DNA of 64,000 bases, from positions 3,520 to 67,519 of the forward strand of contig CAWEBD010000113.1 of assembly GCA_963806435.1 (NCBI GenBank), read 5' to 3'. The DNA comes from an uncultured Bacteroidota bacterium (GTDB lineage Bacteria > Bacteroidota > Ignavibacteria > Kryptoniales > JAKASW01). The notes under the pieces were generated by a model. It did no database searches. It saw nothing but the letters and a program-made list of their open reading frames with translations, and was not told the DNA's origin. Shown piece after piece: positions 9,683 to 19,340 of this stretch (position 1 is its first letter; each line of letters starts with the position of its first letter). The translations under genes and the position numbers were made by a program.

Positions 9683-11185
9683 TTACCTCTTGTCCCTACG
9701 ACCTCCCCCATGTCCTTCGTTACTCCTCTCCGGCAGCCTGACTACCAGATATTCAGCATTGAACTTCAGCGACAGGTATCCCTGGCTCGTTATCATCGGT
9801 TCCTCCCCGCGCTTCACAAGCTTAGCGCTCAGGTTGTTCAGAAGCTCAACCTCCAGAACGAATATCTCCAGGTTCCTCCGCGCCACAACAGAGTCTCCGT
9901 GGTCAAGTGCTCGCTTGGCCATGTCCAGTCTTCTATCCAGTACTTCCACTATTCCATTATTCCAATCGTGGTCAAAGTTCCAATTCCTGTCTGGTCCCCA
10001 TTTCCCATAATTCCTGAATTCTCCTTCCTTGTACCAGTCATTCCCTCTCATCATCTCGTCGATGTCATGGCCACGGTCTCTATCGTCTCTAAGCCAGCCT
10101 TTTGCTACTGCCTGGTGCTTCAATGAGATGAGGGTGTCAAGCAAAGCATTTGTAGGTGTGACTACCGTATCACTGATTGCCACGGCCTGGTTGGTGGAGT
10201 CGTTGTAATAATAAAACATTTGCGGATAATTGGTGAATGTTAGGATCTTGCCACCCGAAGGAAGAGACAAACGCTGGGTAAGTTTGCCTGTCGACGCATC
10301 AAAAACATAAACAGTGCCGGGATATTCGTCGTACCCTTCGTGAGCCGCAGAATCGGTTATGATGGGAATCCGCCTGTTGAGAATAACGTGTTTCCCATCG
10401 GCAGATAAGTAACCATCCGCAATCCATGGAAATGCAAAAGGAGTATATACGAGCCCTTGATCTACATTGCAGACAACATATTTCTGGTTTTTATATCCTG
10501 CTGGTCTTTCATATTCAACCAGATCAAGACCGTTCTTAGCATCACTTATACCTGGCTCAAAAGCAAAACTCCCCAAGGACGTAACTTTCTTGTCTGGGAG
10601 TCTCTTATTTGCAATGATGTCCCAAGCACGAAAGACCAACCCGTTGGAATCTGAAATGGAAATGTAAGCTTTAGATTGATCTTGAGAGATACATATCGGT
10701 TCGTACGAATATAATTCTGTCAATGTGTCTATTGGTTGAAGCGTCGTATTATCGAATACAATGGTTTTCTGATAATAATCGGATGAACCTATGGACACAT
10801 AAAATCGGTTTGTCATTGGCGTGAATATTACTTGATAAACCCATGCATCTCTTTCAAAGAGGACGGTCCTCTTATTGGCATTATTCAGGTCTACCATAAC
10901 AACCTGGCTGCGATTTTGCAGAATTAACCTGCTCTGATCCGGCGAATCGAACATTTGTGTGATTCTGCCTGCATCCTTAAGAATCAACTCGGAAATTCCA
11001 TTTGTCAAATTTTGCCTGTATATGTCAACGCTATAACCGCCGCCAGTATAATTGGGGTCGTCAAGGTAGTAAAAGCGATACGGCTGCGAACGAGCGGTCC
11101 CTGCAACAAGAAGAACAATCGCCACCGCCGCCCAGTAAATCTTGCGGGAGTGAGATATGTCTCTATCCACAGGCAAAGTCTTCAT
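9683..11185 (-). CDS. secreted beta-propeller-like protein with a conserved ~165-aa helical C-terminal domain (paralog 2)
   Basis: N-terminal hydrophobic signal or anchor. The C-terminal third is nearly identical to that of the upstream paralog. The ATG at 11185 is preceded by AGAGGTGAG. Confidence 0.65.
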   Translation of the reverse strand: MKTLPVDRDISHSRKIYWAAVAIVLLVAGTARSQPYRFYYLDDPNYTGGGYSVDIYRQNLTNGISELILKDAGRITQMFDSPDQSRLILQNRSQVVMVDLNNANKRTVLFERDAWVYQVIFTPMTNRFYVSIGSSDYYQKTIVFDNTTLQPIDTLTELYSYEPICISQDQSKAYISISDSNGLVFRAWDIIANKRLPDKKVTSLGSFAFEPGISDAKNGLDLVEYERPAGYKNQKYVVCNVDQGLVYTPFAFPWIADGYLSADGKHVILNRRIPIITDSAAHEGYDEYPGTVYVFDASTGKLTQRLSLPSGGKILTFTNYPQMFYYYNDSTNQAVAISDTVVTPTNALLDTLISLKHQAVAKGWLRDDRDRGHDIDEMMRGNDWYKEGEFRNYGKWGPDRNWNFDHDWNNGIVEVLDRRLDMAKRALDHGDSVVARRNLEIFVLEVELLNNLSAKLVKRGEEPMITSQGYLSLKFNAEYLVVRLPERSNEGHGGGRRDKR

Positions 11186-11190
11186 ATATC

Positions 11191-12645
11191 TCACCTCTTG
11201 TCCCTGCGACCTCTTCCACTTCCTTCACTATGCCTCTCCGGCAACCTGTCTATCACATATTCGGCATTGAACTTCAACGACAGATATCCCTGGCTCGTTA
11301 TTACCGGCTCCTCTCCGCGCTTCAAAAGCTTAGTGCTCAGGTTGTTCAGAAGCTCCACCTCCATCACGAATATCTCCAGGTTCCTTCGGGCCGTAACTGA
11401 GTCCCCACGATCAAGCGCTCGCTTTGCCATGTCCAGTCTTCTATCGAGCACTTCCACTATTCCCTCATTCCAATCGTGATCGAACTTCCAGTCTTTCCCA
11501 ACTTCCCAGCTTCTGAACTTCTTAAATTCTCCTTCCTTATACCACTCGTTCCCTCTCATCATCTCGTCGATGTCGTGGCCGCGGTCCCTATTGTCTCTAA
11601 GCCAGCCTTTTGCCACGGCCTGGTGCTTTAAGGATATGAGCGTATCGATCAGAGCATTCGGCGGTGTGACTACAGTATCACTGATGGCAATCGCCTGGTT
11701 TGTAGAGTCGTTGTAGTAGTAGAGCATCCTGGGATAGTTGTCAAAGGTGAATATTTCCCCATTAGGAGGTAGAGTTAAGCGCTGCATGAATTCGCCCGTC
11801 GAAGCATCAAATACATAAACAATACCGGTATAGTACTCCCCACCAGCAAGAGCTGTATCATAATTTACTTGTTCAAGAATTGCGTACTTACCGTCCGAGG
11901 ACAAGTATCCTTTAGAACGCCACGGAAAAGCGATTGGACTAAAGGTAGTGTTTTTATCGACATCGCAAAGGACATATTCCACGCCGCTGAAGTCGTTCCT
12001 GGCATTATCTTCATAACTCACTAGAGCCAGACCGTCCTTGGCGTCGTTTAATATAACGAATGACTCGACGGGCACCATGGTACCACAACGCCGGGGCAAT
12101 TCACTTTCTTTACTACTGATGATATACCTTGAGAACAATATCCCTGTGGAATCCGGTTGAAAACGGTAGATGGTTTTATTGTCCTTGGAACAAAAAGGGT
12201 TATACTGAAAGCTTTCACCGATTGTATCGAGCGGTTGCATTGTCGAGCGATCAATGATAACTGTTTTTGTGCTATCCTGCTCGTCATCAAACGTAATGAA
12301 ATACCGGTTAGTTTGAGGTGAATCTTTTATCCCGTCAATTTCATTGACGCCGCTCAACAGTTCTCTCTCATGACGGGATGGATCGCTCACATCCATAGCA
12401 ACAAGTGAAAATCTAACCTGGAAGAATATCTCAGATTGGTTGGTGTTAGAAAATATTCTGCCATTAACCCGTCCTACATTCTTCGCAAATAGCGCATTGC
12501 TATTCGTGGATAAGTTGAGTCTATAAATATCTCCGCTATAGCCAGGCACATCGTAATCCGGATTATAGGCAAAGTAATAATAATAGGGCTGCGAATAAGC
12601 TATCGAACTAACGGCAAAAGCTAGTAACGCTATTCTTGTTATCAT
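11191..12645 (-). CDS. secreted beta-propeller-like protein with a conserved helical C-terminal domain (paralog 1)
   Basis: Signal peptide MITRIALLAFAVSSIAYSQ with GAGGAG upstream. It shares the C-terminus ...NYPRMLYYYNDSTNQAIAISDTVVTP...LDRRLDMAKRALD... with 9683-11185. Confidence 0.65.
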   Translation of the reverse strand: MITRIALLAFAVSSIAYSQPYYYYFAYNPDYDVPGYSGDIYRLNLSTNSNALFAKNVGRVNGRIFSNTNQSEIFFQVRFSLVAMDVSDPSRHERELLSGVNEIDGIKDSPQTNRYFITFDDEQDSTKTVIIDRSTMQPLDTIGESFQYNPFCSKDNKTIYRFQPDSTGILFSRYIISSKESELPRRCGTMVPVESFVILNDAKDGLALVSYEDNARNDFSGVEYVLCDVDKNTTFSPIAFPWRSKGYLSSDGKYAILEQVNYDTALAGGEYYTGIVYVFDASTGEFMQRLTLPPNGEIFTFDNYPRMLYYYNDSTNQAIAISDTVVTPPNALIDTLISLKHQAVAKGWLRDNRDRGHDIDEMMRGNEWYKEGEFKKFRSWEVGKDWKFDHDWNEGIVEVLDRRLDMAKRALDRGDSVTARRNLEIFVMEVELLNNLSTKLLKRGEEPVITSQGYLSLKFNAEYVIDRLPERHSEGSGRGRRDKR

Positions 12646-12668
12646 ATATAACTCCTCGCAAATTTTGA

Positions 12669-14833
12669 TTACCAATCGCTTGGTGGCCGGTTGCTCATCA
12701 CCTCATTATATATATTTATCGCAGGTCCACCGTAATCTCTTCCATAGCCACCTTTAGCTTTAGGCTTCCCCAGGTTGGGATCTTTTTGCCAACTCCCCCC
12801 ACCCCTGTTGGGATCGGCAGGCACCCAAATCCAATAATGATATCCATTATATAGTTGAAAGGCGTCCGTCAGGAATTCCTGTCTAGTAAAGTTTGTCGCA
12901 TAACGGTATGCACCACCTTTTCTTCTCACTTTCGAGGGATACTTTGTCGCGAGGTTTTCCTTCTTTGCGAAGCGAGACTGGCCTTCCTTTGCGTTCGCTT
13001 TCCAATCCCAGACCTCCTCATTGTTGTCCGGCGGGTCCAGCTGCATCAGACCATATCCATGCGGAGCACCGAATATAGGGAAACTCTTGTCGTCCCGGAA
13101 TTGCCTGAATCTGCTTTCCATATACGCAATAACCTGTTCTTCAACAGTGAGTAACGCCTTGACTGCCGTCCTGTCAGGATTGTCTCCCTTAATTACAAAT
13201 CCATGATTCACGGTTTTATCATAAACTTTTCCACTTGCTGTAGCTGTCACATCAAGCGTGATTTCATCTCCGCCCCGTATCATCTTGTCCCAATCAATTG
13301 GCCATGAACTTACATTTGAGTATTCCGCGGTCGTATTCCCATGAAAAGAATCGTCAAACTTCCTGCCGTCGGGACCTTCCCACTGCACTCGCAGATTCCA
13401 TTCGAAATTCACTGTGCCACCATTGTAATTCTCGAGTCGGGCTTGAGGTGTAATGTCCGGCATCTTCGGATCTTTGGTAATGTCTTTCTCGTCTTTAAGT
13501 TCATCGGTCGGGTACACCACTACCAATGTGGGAGAGCCCCCTTTCACAACCAATGTCCCTTTTCCGGTGAGAGTCGGCTTGTCGACGGCGTCGACGGTGA
13601 AGTTGATCGTCGCGTTCGTATCTGTCGGCGTGCCGTCGGCAGTGTAGTATACCAGTCCGGCGTTTGCATACCAAAACGGGACCTCCGTGCTATCCTCGGT
13701 TGCCGAAGTCAGCTTAACGGACTGCATGTTCCCTGCGACTTCCGGAGTGCCGGTCTCGAGCGCCGTGCCCGACACCTTATGAGCGTTCCTCCCCGGATGC
13801 TTTGCCTTCATGGCTGCGCTCGGAAGAAAATAGTAAAGATGACCGTACTGCGACGGCGATGTGTATATCTTCACATAACCGTCGTAATAGATGCTCTGGT
13901 TGTACGCATCCTCCGCATCTGCATATATCGTAGACGATGCCGAGTCTTCTATCGTGTCGGGCAACGGGTGAACGGCAAAGTGATCGAGTCCGGCAAAGAC
14001 CTCTGCCGAGTCAGTCTCGGTCATGCCGTTGCTTTCCGCTTCTACCGTCACCCAATCACCTGTAGAATCCGGAACGGCGCCGTGCGCGACAAGCGAGTAC
14101 TCGCCGATTTCATCCCCGAGCGTCGTTATGCTTGAACCCAAGTCCGTCACCATCCCTGTCTGAGGATCCTTTTTGTGGAACGATACAAACCTGCTTCCCG
14201 AAATGACCGTCAACGTGACCGGGTCGGTGTGCGGTGACCAGACCGTGTTGCTCGTATCGTAGACCGATGCGAGCGCCATCCCTGTCGAGTCGCCGGACAT
14301 GAACTCGTTCGTCCCGACCGAAAAAGAGAATTTCGACACATATGGGGTGGTGAATGTTGCTCCGTCTTCGAAATACCAGGCATAATGCCAATCGCCGACA
14401 TGTGCTGTCCCTGAACTGCTGTCGACCAGGGAATCGTCAAGGTATATATAGTAGCTGTAAGGGGCCTGTGAGGAATAGTTCCAATAAAGGGCAGGCAATA
14501 TTTGATATTGATTGGGTTTCAGTCCGTGTATTACGATCGTGATCGAACCTGACCCGGAGTAGACGTGGTATCGAATTCATAATTGCCGTCGTAGAGGTAT
14601 ACATTATGGATTTCCAGCTTGCCCGAATCCTGCGTGGTCCAATTGAACCGGACACGGAGCGTATGCGTGTTAACTGTAGCAATGCTTAACCGCTTCTGTT
14701 GCAGAGGGGATATGGAAACCGTCTCTTGAATGTGAACCTGCGCCATCGCGTGCATGAAAGTGACACAGACCATGAAACCCGAAGCTATCTACCAGGTAAC
14801 ACCCATCTGTCGAAGTTTTCTCCCGATACCCAT
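12669..14833 (-). pseudogene. secreted ~720-aa protein with a C-terminal lytic-transglycosylase (SLT/lysozyme-like) motif; in-frame TAG at codon 15 plus one frameshift
   Basis: The ATG at 14833 has AAGGAG 5 nt upstream. The predicted signal peptide is MGIGRKLRQMGVTW*IASGFMVCVTFMHAMA, with the TAG at 14789-14791. The frame changes between 14577 and 14531. The C-terminal motif is YMESRFRQF...GAPHGYGLMQLD. Confidence 0.6.
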
Positions 14834-15139
14834 ACTTCTCCTTCTCTTCCCTTGCTCCGCCAGCACTTATCTGTGTTTCCGCGGCGTTTTCCCTCCGCCG
14901 CACCCGGCATCTTTTTTCGAAGTTAATTCGCCACTCTTGGGAATCCAAATGATTTTTCTGAGGTGAGACCTGCGTCACACGCGCGTTGGTTCTTTTCGGC
15001 AGTTGGGAACTTCACATCGTATAAACCTACTGCTTCGTATGAGGCTGCTATACTTGTCGGCAGGCCCTAAGCCTCTTAAAGAGCAAATCGATTCCGAGTT
15101 TTCTTCGTCGCTTACCTCAAGACCGGCTCAAACGGCTCT

Positions 15140-15243
15140 ACCCCTCCAGGTACAGCTGCCTGTCCAGCGTCCTGTACTGTATAGCCTCGGCAATATGTTC
15201 CGGCATGATATCGCCGCTGCCGGGAAGGTCCGCTAGCGTTCCG
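15140..15243 (-). pseudogene. comM 3' fragment E (last ~33 codons)
   Basis: About 100 nt are similar to the extreme 3' end of comM (…[22 protein letters not shown]). Similarity is lost abruptly near 15243. Confidence 0.7.
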
Positions 15244-15448
15244 CCCAGGCTGAATTTCCGGTCCAATCGGCCCCACCAATGACTCTTTGCTTTGTCTGCG
15301 TGAGTCTAAAAAAGTTGGATTCGAGGGCGCCCGTGTTACTATTCTCAAGATGATCGCCGACGCGAAGAACAAGCCGCTGAAGACGATAATCAAGAGGAAA
15401 ATTCAGGGGGGCTGCTAGAGGCGCAGTCGGGAACTCAAAGGGAAGAAT

Positions 15449-15545
15449 CACACAGAGTGACACGGAGAAAAGACAGAGTTCCACAGAGAAGAAGGCTATT
15501 CTCGGTGTCTCTCTCTTTATTTCCTCCGTGGAACTCTGTGAAATA
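15449..15545. repeat. REP/MITE-like inverted-repeat element (CAGAGTTCCACAGAG ... CTCCGTGGAACTCTG)
   Basis: Inverted repeats at 15474-15488 and 15524-15538. The architecture is the same as the elements at 28933-29136 and 49930-50075. Confidence 0.5.
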
Positions 15546-15594
15546 TTGTTCAAGCTAGTTCCCAGGCACGTCTCTAAAAACGGATGATACCAGA

Positions 15595-15620
15595 AGAGTC
15601 CCGTCAAAAGACGGGACTCT
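15595..15620 (-). terminator. hairpin AGAGTCCCGTC-loop-GACGGGACTCT after the gene 15647-17020
   Basis: Inverted repeat about 27 nt downstream of the stop codon. There is no long U tract. Confidence 0.4.
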
Positions 15621-15646
15621 CTGTTAAACGGATATATACCGAGCTC

Positions 15647-17020
15647 TTATTTGATGAGCATTAATTTCTTCGTCTCAACGAAGTCTCCCGACTGCATCCT
15701 ATAGAAGTATACTCCGCTGGGAAGATTATGCCCGTTGAACACGACGGTTTTATCGCCGATGGCCTCATCTCGGTCGACGAGCGTGGCTACCTTCCTTCCA
15801 AGTATGTCATATACTGTTATCGTCACATGTGTAACAGGCGACCACGGTGAGGATACTTCGTACGGGATTGTAGTGGTCGCGTTGAACGGGTTCGGATAAT
15901 TTTGTCCAAGTTCAAGTGCAAAGAACGGAAATGCTACGTTCCACGCCTCATTCGAGACATGGCTCTCTACCCCATCGCTATCCACAGCACTTATCCAATA
16001 AGCGTATGCAAAACCGTTCTGAACTGTGCTATCAATGTATGCGGTCGTGCCGGCCGCCACCGAATCGATAACTGAGGCTCTGGCCAGATCACCGTACCCC
16101 CGGTCATACGGACCATCCCGATAAATTCGATACCTCTCCACGTTCGAACTCGAACTTGGCAGCCAGCCGAGCTTGATTTTCCGCGGAATATCTTCGCCAT
16201 TGTCGCAGTGTATCAGCTCGGGTATCCCCGGCGTCTCTCCAATGTCGATTTCATAGATCCTCGGTCCGCCGACCCCTGCCATATCGACAGCCCACAAGTA
16301 ACCTTTAGCTATCGCGAGTCCAGTTAACGGCCCCCTGAACGGAAGATCACTCCTCGGTAAATCCAACTCATAAAGAATATGACTGGCGGTGTCTATCTTG
16401 AATATGTATCCGTTATTGTCATCGCAATACCAGAGATTTCCCCGATGATAAACCAGACCGTTGATATTTCCCGTCGGCGGAGGAAAGGAATCTATCACGG
16501 CTCCATTATTGGGACTGGCTTTGTAAATCATACTCTTCTGTCCAGCAGGAGAAGCAAAACATACATTTGTACCATAGTACAAGTTTCTCCCGTCCCACGC
16601 TATCCCTGCCCAATAACAAGAGCCAACCGCTGGAACATAATTCAGGACCTGTCCGTCAGTAGACATACGAACTATACTGCAATCGTTATGGGTCGGATAA
16701 AGACTTCTGACCCAGAGGTTAGTTCCATCCCAAGCAATTCCGTCAGGACTTTCAGTCGGCGATGGAATTGAGTCAGTTACCTTGTGTGTCAATATGTCCA
16801 CCCTATAGACTCGCTGAGGCCCATAATCCAATGCTCGATTTGGAATCCAGAATGAGGTACCATCTGAACAGATACCGTCAGGCAGTGGAATCGGAATGAG
16901 GAAATTATCAACGACATTACCGATGCGAGAGGTTTGCGCCTCGGCTACCGTTGTAGTGATAAAACCGGAGACATTAAGGATCAACAATAGCCAATAAACG
17001 GATAGCTTTGCCAAATATTC
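15647..17020 (-). CDS. secreted beta-propeller (NHL/YncE-like) plus FN3-like protein with a T9SS C-terminal sorting domain
   Basis: Signal or anchor sequence MEYLAKLSVYWLLLILNVSGFITTTVAEAQ. The C-terminus is NYPNPFNATTTIPY...GVYFYRM. Confidence 0.75.
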   Translation of the reverse strand, partial: EYLAKLSVYWLLLILNVSGFITTTVAEAQTSRIGNVVDNFLIPIPLPDGICSDGTSFWIPNRALDYGPQRVYRVDILTHKVTDSIPSPTESPDGIAWDGTNLWVRSLYPTHNDCSIVRMSTDGQVLNYVPAVGSCYWAGIAWDGRNLYYGTNVCFASPAGQKSMIYKASPNNGAVIDSFPPPTGNINGLVYHRGNLWYCDDNNGYIFKIDTASHILYELDLPRSDLPFRGPLTGLAIAKGYLWAVDMAGVGGPRIYEIDIGETPGIPELIHCDNGEDIPRKIKLGWLPSSSSNVERYRIYRDGPYDRGYGDLARASVIDSVAAGTTAYIDSTVQNGFAYAYWISAVDSDGVESHVSNEAWNVAFPFFALELGQNYPNPFNATTTIPYEVSSPWSPVTHVTITVYDILGRKVATLVDRDEAIGDKTVVFNGHNLPSGVYFYRMQSGDFVETKKLMLIK

Positions 17021-17406
17021 CATTCTTAATGTGCGCTCGTAATACAAGACCGAATCGCCCGTTTGCAGCCTCACTTCACCTATCTCTCCTCGTCCTTCTA
17101 AAATCTCATTCTGTTCAAACTGAATTGGAGCAAAGAACAGCAGACCGGTCCACGGTCAGTGTCCACACTCTCGCTTTGATTTTGGGAACCCATTCCCCTT
17201 TGAGCACGACGTTCTCGCACTATTCCAGCCCTTCAATTTGTCCTGATCGATCTAACGACTGCTTCCAAGCCCCCTTTACTAGACGCAGCTCAAGTCTTGA
17301 TAACTAGACAGTCCCACGCAGAGGTCACTTCTTGTCCTACTAAAGAATCGTTCCCTTGAATTTGCATACCCGGTCCGCCAATCACCGGCCCTGAAACACC
17401 GCAGGC

Positions 17407-17436
17407 AAAATATCCCCCCCCCCATCATAAAGTCAA
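17407..17436 (-). promoter_or_regulatory. sigma70-like promoter TTGACT-18 nt-TATTTT with a G10 tract in the spacer
   Basis: The minus strand reads CTTGACTTTATGATGGGGGGGGGGATATTTTGCC. It is homologous to 7519-7548 and lies about 30 nt downstream of the comM' D stop. Confidence 0.4.
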
Positions 17437-17464
17437 GTCGTTGAAAGAAACTTCTTGGATGGTT

Positions 17465-17751
17465 TCATCCCTCCAGATATAATTGCCTATCCAGCGTCCT
17501 GTATTGTATCGCCTCCGCAATATGTTCCGGCATTATGTCTCTGTTACCGGAAAGATCAGCGATCGTTCTCGCGACTTTCAGTATCCTGTCGTACGCTCTC
17601 GCACTTAATCCGAGTTTTGTTATCGCCTGTTTCAACAAGTCTTCTCCAGATTTGTCCGCCTGACAGAACTCCCGTATCTCCTTGCTCTGTCCGTCCGCAC
17701 ATTTGTGCGGCCGGATCGCTGCGCGACATGTCCGCATTCCTGAATTGGTCC
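17465..17751 (-). pseudogene. comM 3' fragment D (last ~85 codons) with the same 37-nt insert as fragment A
   Basis: The 90-aa ORF ends ...[74 protein letters not shown]. The insert is at 17690-17726. The fragment lies 44 nt downstream of the intact comM stop. Confidence 0.8.
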
Positions 17752-17780
17752 ATTTGCCAAGTGATTCTGTGAAAGTCCCC

Positions 17781-19340
17781 TTATCCCTCCAGGTACAGCT
17801 GCCTGTCCAGCGTCCTGTACTGTATCGCCTCTGCTATATGTTCCGGCATGATATCGCCGTTGCCGGCAAGGTCAGCGATTGTCCTCGCAACCTTCAGTAT
17901 CCTATCGTAAGCCCTTGCGCTCAGCCCGAGTTTCGTTATCGCCTGTTTCAACAAATCTTCTCCAGCTTTGTCTGCCTGACAGAATTCTCTTATCTCCTTG
18001 CTCTGCATATCCGCGTTTTTGAAAAGGCCTTTCCGCCCTTTGAACCTTTCCCTCTGAATCTCTCGTGCCTTCTTCACTCTCGATCTCACCGCAGAAGACG
18101 CCTCGCCTGACTTCTTACTTGACAGCTCGGCATATTTCACTGCCGGCACTTCGACGTGTATATCTATCCTGTCGAGCAGCGGTCCGCTTATCTTCGACAT
18201 GTACCTCTGTATCTGCATCTGGTTGCAGCTGCATGTCGCATTCGGATTGCCGTAGTTTCCACAGGGACATGGGTTCATCGCGGCGAGAAGCATGAACATC
18301 GAAGGATAATCGATCGAAAGCTTGGTCCGGCTTATTGTCACATGCCCGTCCTCCATCGGCTGCCGGAGAACTTCCAGTACACTTCTGTCAAATTCCGGAA
18401 GTTCATCGAGGAACAGCACCCCGTGGTGCGCGAGTGAGATTTCCCCCGGCTTGGGAATGGTCCCGCCGCCTACCAGCGCGCTGTCCGAAATTGTATGATG
18501 CGGTGAGCGGAACGGCCGCGTCGCAACAAGTCCAGCGTCAGACGGCAGCAACCCCGCAACGGAATGTATCTTGGTGGTCTCCAATGCTTCTTCGAATGTC
18601 ATGTCCGGCAGAATAGTCGGGAGCCTTTTCGCAAGCATCGTCTTCCCGCTTCCCGGCGGACCTATCATGATTACGTTATGTCCACCCGCCGCCGCAACCT
18701 CGAGTGCGCGTTTCACATTCTCCTGACCTTTCACATCCGAGAAATCAAACTGATATGCCTGAGTCTGACCGAATAATTCCTCCTTGTCTACCCGAAAAGG
18801 TTCGAGGAGTTTGTATTCCCCGCCGAGGAGATGCACCGCCTCCAGGAGAGTCTCCACCGGATAAATGCTGACTCCCTCGACCATCGCGGCTTCCCTGGCG
18901 TTCCCTTTCGGAATGATCATCGCGGGTATTCCCCTGTCTCTCGCCTCCACAGCGATCGGCAGTACTCCGTGCACGGGTCTGACCGATGCGTCAAGCGCGA
19001 GCTCGCCCAGGACTATGAACTTACCGAGGTCGGTTTGATCTACCGCCCCGGAAGCGGCAAGTATGCCGACGGCAATCGGGAGGTCGAACGCGCTTCCCTC
19101 CTTCCTCACGTCGGCCGGAGCGAGGTTTATGACGATCTGGTGCCCCGGATACTTCAAATTCGAGTTTTTTATGGCCGTGAGCACCCGTTCGCGGCTTTCC
19201 TTGACCGCGTTATCCGGGAGTCCAACCATATACCACGCGAAAAGTCCCCCGCCGACATGCGTCTCGATCTCGACCATGAAGGCGTTGACGCCGTAAGTTG
19301 CCGCGCTCATAACATGCGAAAGCATCATGCCCCCCGACAT
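17781..19340 (-). CDS. comM: Mg-chelatase-like AAA+ protein ComM/YifB (intact)
   Basis: 519 aa with Walker [16 protein letters not shown], the zinc-ribbon-like motif [15 protein letters not shown] and a ChlI C-terminal domain. The true start may be a few codons downstream. Confidence 0.9.
   Translation of the reverse strand: MSGGMMLSHVMSAATYGVNAFMVEIETHVGGGLFAWYMVGLPDNAVKESRERVLTAIKNSNLKYPGHQIVINLAPADVRKEGSAFDLPIAVGILAASGAVDQTDLGKFIVLGELALDASVRPVHGVLPIAVEARDRGIPAMIIPKGNAREAAMVEGVSIYPVETLLEAVHLLGGEYKLLEPFRVDKEELFGQTQAYQFDFSDVKGQENVKRALEVAAAGGHNVIMIGPPGSGKTMLAKRLPTILPDMTFEEALETTKIHSVAGLLPSDAGLVATRPFRSPHHTISDSALVGGGTIPKPGEISLAHHGVLFLDELPEFDRSVLEVLRQPMEDGHVTISRTKLSIDYPSMFMLLAAMNPCPCGNYGNPNATCSCNQMQIQRYMSKISGPLLDRIDIHVEVPAVKYAELSSKKSGEASSAVRSRVKKAREIQRERFKGRKGLFKNADMQSKEIREFCQADKAGEDLLKQAITKLGLSARAYDRILKVARTIADLAGNGDIMPEHIAEAIQYRTLDRQLYLEG

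Larger units (their letters stand above)
8066..18272. mobile_element. putative comM-targeting island 2 (composite; supplies the 3' end of the intact comM; ends with XRE copy 2); no recombinase gene
   Basis: Bounded by the comM'/XRE junction near 8065 and by the point in the intact comM (about 18272) where fragments B and C lose similarity. Confidence 0.45.

Noticed and set aside
9683-11690. Diversity-generating retroelement (template/variable repeat) explanation for the ~500-nt repeat shared by the tandem paralogs
   Set aside because: Substitutions between the two copies are of all types, not adenine-specific. No reverse transcriptase gene is present in the window.
14789-14791. In-frame TAG as programmed readthrough or stop-codon reassignment
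   Set aside because: TAG terminates other well-supported genes in the window, for example the XRE gene at 8517. The same gene also carries a frameshift, which points to decay or sequence error.
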